Shown piece after piece: positions 27,339-33,347 of a stretch of 33,347 nucleotides of DNA. The notes below the pieces were generated by a model, which did not search any database, was not told where the DNA came from, and was given only the letters and a program-made list of their open reading frames with translations. The stretch is taken from NCBI GenBank assembly GCA_025360945.1, contig JANYBE010000136.1, positions 1 through 33,347 of the forward strand, in the 5' to 3' direction. Source of the stretch: Rhizobacter sp. (lineage in GTDB: Bacteria; Pseudomonadota; Gammaproteobacteria; Burkholderiales; Burkholderiaceae_C). Within the stretch, counting starts at the first letter, position 1, and every line of letters starts with the position of its first letter. The position numbers and the translations under genes were made by a program.

Positions 27339-28142
27339 GTGCTGAACGACCGCGCGCGCGGGTCGATGCGTTGCGCGGCCTGACGGTCGCGGACACGCGC
27401 GAGTTCCGGCCCATGGGTGTGTTGCAACGCATCGGCGTCTGCTATGGCTGCGCCGGGTTGCTGGCGCTGCACACGCGGGAGCGCACGCTATGGTGGGTGT
27501 TCGCTGCGATCCTGATCGGCTATGACGCGCTGCTCGCTACGGGCGGACCGCTGACGAAGGCGGGGAACGTCGAGATCCGCATCGACAGCGCGTTGCTCGG
27601 ACGTTTCGCCTTCGAGTTCGATGCGACCACCGGTTTGGGTCACGACCCCGAAGGCCTGCTGGCCAACGCTGCCGGCAATCGCGACGACGCTGCTCGGCGT
27701 GCGTGCCGGGGCGTGGCTGCGCTACGGTTCGGTGCGCACCTTGTGAGTCGCCGCCATCGTCGCGCTGTTGCTCGGCACGGCGTGGGCGCTCTGCCAGCCA
27801 CTCAACAAGCAGCTGTGGACACCGTCGTTCGTGTTGTGGAGCGGTGGCTGGGCGCTCGCTGCACGCTCGCTCGCGCATGGGCTGGTCGATCGGCTGGGCC
27901 TGCCGGCGTTGGGTCGCGCGCAGGGGGTCAATGGGATCGCCGCCCATGCAGGTGCATGGCTGATGGTCTGTGCGCTCGAAGGTCTGCGTGGGGGCATACC
28001 GCTGTACGCGCACGGTTTTGCATGGCTCGCGCCGTGGGTCGGGTTTAAGGACGCGTCGCTGGCCTACGCGCTCGCGTTCACGGCGTTGTGGTGGGCGCTG
28101 ATGCGCGGGCTCCCGCAGCGCGACCTGCGCCTGCGGATATGA
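27339..28142 (+). pseudogene. NagX / HGSNAT-like membrane acyltransferase, decayed
   Basis: Fragments VDALRGLTVA, FRPMGVLQRIG, HDPEGLL, TLPAIATTLLG, PLNKQLWTPSFVLWSGG spread over three frames; frameshifts near 27360 and 27666, in-frame TGA at 27744, and a large deletion after GLTVA. Confidence 0.8.
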
Positions 28143-28148
28143 ACCGCA

Positions 28149-28898
28149 TCAGGGTGCTTCGCTGAGCTCGGCGACCACGTCGTAGGTGTCGCCGCGGTAG
28201 ATCGATTGCGAGAGCTCGATCGCGCGCCCGTCGCGCAGATAGCCGAGTCGCTCGACGAGCAGACCGGCGGCGCCGGGCGCAGCCTGCAGCAAGCGCGCCT
28301 GCTCGGGGTCGAGCAGCAACGCGCGCAGGCGCTGCAGCGCACGCACCGGGCGGTTGCCATGCTCGCCGAGTGCGTTGTAGAGCGAGGCGCCCACTGCTTC
28401 GAGCGAGGGCAAGCAGCTCGCGACGACGGTCGCGTACTCGATCGCCATCGGCGAGTCGTCGGCGAAACGCAGCCGGTGGAAACGGTAGACCTGCGAGCCG
28501 GGGCTGAGCGCGAGCTTGAGCGCTTCCTCCGGTGTCACGGTACCTTGAGCGCGCTTGAGCCACACGCTGTGCGGGCGGCTGCCGCGCGCGCGCATGTCCT
28601 CAGAGAACGAGGTCAGCTTGGCGAAGTTCTTCTCAACCCGGCTGCACACGAAATTGCCCGAACCCTGGCGGCTCACGAGCAGGCCTTCTTCTACCAGGCC
28701 TTCGATCGCCCGGCGCACCGTGATGCGCGAGACCGCGAAGTCTTCGGCGAGCTGGCGTTCGGAGGGCAGCGCGTCGTCGGGGCCGAGTACCCGGCTGTCG
28801 ATCGCGTCGCGCACGGCACGCTGGAGTTGCTGGTACAGCGGCTGGGTGTCGTTCGGGTCGAGCGGCTTCAGGAATGAAGTGTTCATGCGGTCAGACAT
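28149..28898 (-). CDS. Second GntR/HutC-subfamily regulator (NagQ-like)
   Basis: PLYQQL, LPSERQL, VSRITVRRA, GSGNF, KLTSFSEDM, YRGDTYD; divergent from the TonB receptor. Confidence 0.9.
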   Translation of the reverse strand: MSDRMNTSFLKPLDPNDTQPLYQQLQRAVRDAIDSRVLGPDDALPSERQLAEDFAVSRITVRRAIEGLVEEGLLVSRQGSGNFVCSRVEKNFAKLTSFSEDMRARGSRPHSVWLKRAQGTVTPEEALKLALSPGSQVYRFHRLRFADDSPMAIEYATVVASCLPSLEAVGASLYNALGEHGNRPVRALQRLRALLLDPEQARLLQAAPGAAGLLVERLGYLRDGRAIELSQSIYRGDTYDVVAELSEAP

Positions 28899-28960
28899 GG
28901 GCGCAGCGCAAGGGTGGGCGACACCCCGAGTGTGCCCCAGCCCGTGGTCTGGCTCGTGGC

Positions 28961-29135
28961 AATACCAATTTAAGTGCGCCGACCATACCAGCTCGCACGC
29001 TCTTTGCTAGGGTAGTTCATGGGTACTTGCCCCTGCCGCCGAAGCCAGAAGAATTTCTTCACATAGGCACAAAACGCGATTGCATTTCTGTCACATTGGT
29101 AGCATAGTGGCCTCTAGTGGTAGTGTATTGGTACG
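28961..29135. promoter_or_regulatory. Divergent GntR/TBDR control region with TGGTA-type operator arrays on both strands
   Basis: Plus strand TGGTAGC (29097), TGGCCTC (29108), TGGTAGT (29118), TGGTACG (29129); minus strand TGGTATT (28961-28967) and TGGTATG (28984-28990). Confidence 0.65.
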
Positions 29136-29258
29136 CAAATTGAATCTGGCTGTTACTTCCACAGTGGCTGGCGGCGCATTCAGCGGGGTGCGCAGCGCAG
29201 ACCGACCTTCAATCACGGGCTTTTCGCGAGTGCGCTGGCCCGACACAAAGAGGCTCTC

Positions 29259-32057
29259 ATGAACGTCAAACGGACCCCCATCGCATCCGCGGTTGCGCTC
29301 GCCCTTGCTGGCGTCGGCGCGTTCGCACCCGCCCATGCGCAGCAGGCGCCCGTCGCGCCTGCTGCGGCGGCATCCGCACCAAAGCCGGCGGCCGAGCCGG
29401 CCCAGCTCGAGTCGGTGACGGTCACCGGCATCCGGGCATCGCGCGAGAAGTCGCTGGAGCAAAAGCGCAACGCGGACACGCTGGTCGAGGTCGTCACGGC
29501 CGAAGACGTGGGCAAGATGCCGGACAAGAACGTCGCCGATGCGATCCAGCGTGTCCCAGGCGTGAACATCGCCTCGAGCGCGGGTGGCGAAGGTGGCTTC
29601 TCTGAAAACGACCGCGTCAGCATCCGAGGCACGAGCCCGAGCCTGACGCAGACGCTCATCAACGGTCACGCGGTCTCGACCGGTGACTGGTTCGTGCTGA
29701 ACTTGTTCGGCACGACCGTCGGGCGCAGTGCGAGCTACTCGCTGTTGCCGTCGGAGCTGGTGGGCAAGATTACGGTTCACAAGAGCCAGACTGCCGATCT
29801 GCCCGAAGGCGGTGTTGCCGGCGCGGTGAACATCGAGACACGCCACCCGCTGGACTTCAAGAAGGGCTTCAGCGGCGAGCTGTCGCTTGGCGCGATGCAC
29901 TCGAGCCTGGCAGACAAGACCGACCCGCAGCTCAGTGGCTTGATGGCATTCAAGAACGAAGAGAAGACCCTCGGGGTATTGATTCAGCTCTTCGACCAGA
30001 AGCAACGGCTGCGGCGCGACGGCTCGGAAGTGCTCGGCTACTACGCGATCAACAGCTCGGTGTTCGCTCCGGGCGCGACGACGATCGTCAACGGCACGGC
30101 CAAGCCGACGGCGAGCCTCAATGGCGTGCTAGCTCCGAGCCTGATCGGCGAGAGCCTGTTCGAACAGACGCGGCATCGCACGGGCGGCGCGCTCGAGGTT
30201 CAATTCAAGCCGACGAACGACATCACGCTCGGCGCGAGCATGTTCCAGTCCAATGTCGACGACACGAACATGAACACGAACTTCATGGCGTCGCCTAAGT
30301 GGCTGCTACAGGCTGGCATCGCGCCGACGAGCGCGACTCTGAGCGCGGACGGCAAGACCTTGCTGGGCGCGTCGTTCCCGGAAACGGGCGCTGCCAACTC
30401 GATCATCAACGACTCGGGCATCCGGCCTGGCGCGAAGCAGTCGTCGAACTACTTCAATCTCGATGGCAAGTGGAACGTGAACGACAAGCTCACAGTCGTT
30501 GGACAGGTCGGCAAGACGCACGGCGAGGGCCAGTCGCAAGAGTTCGCCTCGGAAGTCGGCAACGTCGGCGGCGCGGGCAACACGCCGCTGGCGCTGACCT
30601 ACATGATGAACGGCGTCGGCCAGGCGCCGACGGTAGGCTTCACCAGTTCGACCGGCAAGGACTTCAGGTCGTACGCGAATCAGTATTGGAACTGGAACTT
30701 CGGCGCCCTCGTGAAGGTACCCGACGACGAGAAGTATGGGTCGCTCGACCTCGAATGGGCTGCCGACAGTGGTGTGCTGGAGTCGATCAAGTTCGGTGCG
30801 CGCGTGACCGACCATACCCGCAACAACGGCAACTGGCTGTCGAGTGGCCCGAACTGGGCAAACCCCAAAGTTGGCACAACCCTGCCGGTGTGGACCGGCG
30901 GCACCTACCCGAGCAACTTCGGTTCGGCCTTCGGTGCGCCGTTCACCGGCCAGTTCCGCCTCGACCCGGCGGCACTCGCGCAGTGGGCCACGGTCTCCAC
31001 CGTCGCCAACCCGAATCCGAACGCGACCTTCAACTACGACCCGGTCCAGCGCCATGAATGGAGCAACGACTTCGAAGTGGCGGAGAAGACCAACGCCGGA
31101 TACGTCATGGGTAACTTCGCTGGCAGCAACTGGCGCGCCAACGCCGGCGTGCGCGTCGTGCAAACGAAAGGCCACTACTCGACGCTGCGCAATCCGAACT
31201 CGACCGATCCGGCGTCCAACATCGACAGCTCGTCGCTGTTCGGCCCGTTTGTCAAGGAGTTCACCGACCGTTCCTATGTCGACGTGCTGCCCAGTGCGAA
31301 CTTGAAGTACCAGCTTTCAAAGGATGTGGTGCTGCGCGCGGCCGTCGCCAAGGCGATGGCGCGTCCGGACTACACAGCGCTGAGCTCGACCACCTCGCTC
31401 AACGACCAGCTCAATACCGGTAGCTCGGGCAATCCGAATCTGGACCCGGTTCGGTCGACGAACTTTGACGTGGCGGCGGAATGGTATTTCGCACCGAAAT
31501 CGATCGTGTCGTTCGGCGTGTTCCACCAGCAGTTCAAGTCCTTCGTGGACTACCAGGTGGCGCCAAGCACCCACTTCAGCGATCTGCACCAGCGGATGGA
31601 AACCTACAACATTACGCAGCCGATCAACGTGGGCGCCAAGAACACCGGGTTCGAGCTGGGCTACCAGCAGCCAATCATGGGCAACTTCGGCGTGAATGCC
31701 AACTACACATACGCCGACGGCAAGGTTGACGGCGGTGGCGAAATGTCGGGCAACTCGAAGAACACCTACAACCTGGAAGGGTTCTACGAAGGCGAGAAGC
31801 TCAGCGCACGCCTGGCCTACAGCTACCGATCGGCGTTCTACGGCAGCTACGACCGCGGCGTGAAGATGCACATGGACAGTGCAGGCACCCTGGCCGCATC
31901 GCTCAATTGGCGCATCAACGACACGTTCTCGGTGAGCCTGGAAGGCCTGAACCTCAACAATCCGACGCTGAAATACTACGGCGACAATCGCGAGCAGCCG
32001 CGGGCGTTCTATTCCAACGGGCGTCAGTATTATCTGACGTTGAGAGCGAAGGTCTAG
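29259..32057 (+). CDS. TonB-dependent outer-membrane receptor, probable oligosaccharide transporter
   Basis: Signal peptide (AHA-Q), TonB box LESVTVTG, plug motifs DVGKMPDKNVADAIQRVPGV and VSIRG, barrel GNPNLDP, NLNN, C-terminal GRQYYLTLRAKV. Confidence 0.93.
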   Translation: MNVKRTPIASAVALALAGVGAFAPAHAQQAPVAPAAAASAPKPAAEPAQLESVTVTGIRASREKSLEQKRNADTLVEVVTAEDVGKMPDKNVADAIQRVPGVNIASSAGGEGGFSENDRVSIRGTSPSLTQTLINGHAVSTGDWFVLNLFGTTVGRSASYSLLPSELVGKITVHKSQTADLPEGGVAGAVNIETRHPLDFKKGFSGELSLGAMHSSLADKTDPQLSGLMAFKNEEKTLGVLIQLFDQKQRLRRDGSEVLGYYAINSSVFAPGATTIVNGTAKPTASLNGVLAPSLIGESLFEQTRHRTGGALEVQFKPTNDITLGASMFQSNVDDTNMNTNFMASPKWLLQAGIAPTSATLSADGKTLLGASFPETGAANSIINDSGIRPGAKQSSNYFNLDGKWNVNDKLTVVGQVGKTHGEGQSQEFASEVGNVGGAGNTPLALTYMMNGVGQAPTVGFTSSTGKDFRSYANQYWNWNFGALVKVPDDEKYGSLDLEWAADSGVLESIKFGARVTDHTRNNGNWLSSGPNWANPKVGTTLPVWTGGTYPSNFGSAFGAPFTGQFRLDPAALAQWATVSTVANPNPNATFNYDPVQRHEWSNDFEVAEKTNAGYVMGNFAGSNWRANAGVRVVQTKGHYSTLRNPNSTDPASNIDSSSLFGPFVKEFTDRSYVDVLPSANLKYQLSKDVVLRAAVAKAMARPDYTALSSTTSLNDQLNTGSSGNPNLDPVRSTNFDVAAEWYFAPKSIVSFGVFHQQFKSFVDYQVAPSTHFSDLHQRMETYNITQPINVGAKNTGFELGYQQPIMGNFGVNANYTYADGKVDGGGEMSGNSKNTYNLEGFYEGEKLSARLAYSYRSAFYGSYDRGVKMHMDSAGTLAASLNWRINDTFSVSLEGLNLNNPTLKYYGDNREQPRAFYSNGRQYYLTLRAKV

Positions 32058-32082
32058 GCGCCAAGCTGTTCGGGGTTTGCAT

Positions 32083-32118
32083 GGGCGGGGCGGCGAGCGG
32101 CCCCGCCCTTTTCGTTTT
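32083..32118 (+). terminator. Rho-independent terminator after the TBDR
   Basis: Stem GGGCGGGGC / GCCCCGCCC with 8-nt loop followed by TTTTCGTTTT. Confidence 0.85.
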
Positions 32119-32151
32119 CAGGCCTCGCAGGGCTTTCGAGGATCGTTGCCG

Positions 32152-33171
32152 ATGGTGTTGTCGTGGAGTCTCTTGATTGCGCGCCCCGTCGTCCTGGCGT
32201 TGCCGCTGTGGCTCTCGGCCTGTGCGGCTGCGAACAGCGGCCCGCACGTCCTTGTCCACGGTCCGTACAAGGATCTGACGGTCCTGATCGACAGCGACTC
32301 GCACGTCATCGCGACCCGCGTCGGCGGTGCGACCGTGCCGGTGACCGCCGTGTTGCCTCCCGGGAGCACACTGAGCTGGGCGTTCGCCACCGGCGAGTGC
32401 GGCAGCGAAACCTTGGGCGGGCTCGACGCCAGCCGCGTGGCGCAAGTCAACGTCACGGCATTCAATCGCGCCGGGCTTAACTACATCGTTTCCACCGGTG
32501 GCGAGGGCGGCGTGTTCACCTGCGGCAGCGACGCTGGCATGGAGGCCTTCATCGCGCGCTATGCCTCGCCGCGCCTGGTCGGAATTGATTTCGACATCGA
32601 GGCCCGGCAGACGTCCGACATGGTGGATGCACTGGTGCGTCGCGTGGTTGCCGCGCAGCGCAGGCACCCGCATCTGCGCTTCAGCTTCACGCTCGCGACC
32701 CTCGCTGCCGCCGACGGCTCGCGCGCGGGCCTGAACGCGCAGGGGCTCAGCGTTCTGCAGGCGATCCGCAGCCATGGGCTGGCAAACTACACGATCAACC
32801 TGATGGTGATGGACTACGGTCCACCCGCGCCCGCCAACTGCGTCGTCGCTAATGACGTCTGTGATATGGGCGCTTCGGCGATCCAGGCGGCCGAGAACTT
32901 GAACACGGCGCAGGGCGTGCCATTCGGGCAGATCGCGCTGACGGCCATGATCGGCGTCAATGACGTGGCGGCCAACGACTTCACGATCGCGGACGCCACG
33001 CGTCTCGCGCGCTACGCGCGTGAGCGCGGTCTGGCGGGCCTGCACTTCTGGGCGCTGGACCGCGATACGCCGTGCCCGCGCCCGGCCCAAGGCGCCTCGG
33101 CGGGGTGCAGCGGGATCGAGTCCGTGCCCGCGCTGGGCTACCTCCAGGCCTTCGAGCGCGGCCTGCGCTGA
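32152..33171 (+). CDS. GH18 chitinase-like lipoprotein (catalytic domain only)
   Basis: Lipobox LSAC; SWAFATGEC, IVSTGG, GIDFDIE (DxDxE), INLMVMDYG, MIGVND, HFWALDRD. Start uncertain (32077 or 32152). Confidence 0.8.
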   Translation: MVLSWSLLIARPVVLALPLWLSACAAANSGPHVLVHGPYKDLTVLIDSDSHVIATRVGGATVPVTAVLPPGSTLSWAFATGECGSETLGGLDASRVAQVNVTAFNRAGLNYIVSTGGEGGVFTCGSDAGMEAFIARYASPRLVGIDFDIEARQTSDMVDALVRRVVAAQRRHPHLRFSFTLATLAAADGSRAGLNAQGLSVLQAIRSHGLANYTINLMVMDYGPPAPANCVVANDVCDMGASAIQAAENLNTAQGVPFGQIALTAMIGVNDVAANDFTIADATRLARYARERGLAGLHFWALDRDTPCPRPAQGASAGCSGIESVPALGYLQAFERGLR

Positions 33172-33211
33172 GGGCACCGGGACCGGCTCGGCCGGGCCCA
33201 TTTCTACCTGC

Positions 33212-33217
33212 TATACT
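33212..33217 (+). promoter_or_regulatory. -10 box (TATACT) of the tRNA promoter with GC-rich discriminator
   Basis: TGCTATACT-CCGCGG 14 nt upstream of the tRNA 5' end. Confidence 0.6.
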
Positions 33218-33231
33218 CCGCGGTTCGTCTT

Positions 33232-33317
33232 GGAGGGGTGGCCGAGTGGTTAATGGCAGCAGACTGTAAATCTGCCCTCTAACGAGTACGCTGGTTCGAA
33301 TCCAGCCTCCTCCACCA
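33232..33317 (+). tRNA. tRNA-Tyr(GTA)
   Basis: Acceptor stem GGAGGGG/CTCCTCC, D-loop GAGTGGTTAA, anticodon arm GCAGA-CTGTAAA-TCTGC, long variable arm, GGTTCGAATCC, encoded CCA. Confidence 0.97.
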
Positions 33318-33347
33318 GGGCGAACCGGTTTAGCAGGGTGTTTCGTA

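Noticed and set aside
29259-32057. Apparent lower GC of the TBDR as proof of separate horizontal transfer
   Set aside because: The Asn/Thr/Ser/Tyr-rich barrel composition can explain it; codon-position GC would need to be computed.
33232-33317. tRNA-Tyr as attachment site of an integrative element carrying the nag locus
   Set aside because: The locus lies 5' of the tRNA, no duplicated tRNA 3' fragment was seen near 19736, and there is no integrase in the window.

Overview
GC-rich bacterial chromosomal window; gene content and order suggest a Burkholderiales-type betaproteobacterium (inference). It opens on the 3' end of an ISL3-family IS that appears to have inserted into a globin gene. A core backbone follows: msrB, mltA, a membrane-bound 'site-specific recombinase'-family protein, apaG, rpe, gph, a chalcone-isomerase-like protein, trpE-(dinB)-trpG-ltaE-trpD-trpC-ung, and tRNA-Tyr at the end. 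Two accessory blocks interrupt it. The first (about 5.3-11.9 kb, between rpe and gph) has a GDYXXLXY pseudogene, a His-rich CDF exporter coupled to cbpA-cbpM, a DUF1566 pseudogene and a secreted DUF1800/DUF1501 pair. The second (about 19.7-33.2 kb, between ung and tRNA-Tyr) is a GlcNAc/chitin-oligosaccharide utilisation locus: NagK-like kinase, two GntR regulators, nagA, SIS deaminase, nagZ, AmpG-like MFS, GH16-like lipoprotein, decayed NagX, TonB-dependent receptor and GH18-like lipoprotein, with phased TGGTA operator arrays. Features missed by the ORF track include a 35-aa membrane peptide gene lying antisense inside the apaG-recombinase-mltA run, a leaderless two-Trp leader peptide upstream of trpE with no classical terminator, and four broken genes. 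All family assignments come from motif recognition by eye, not database searches.
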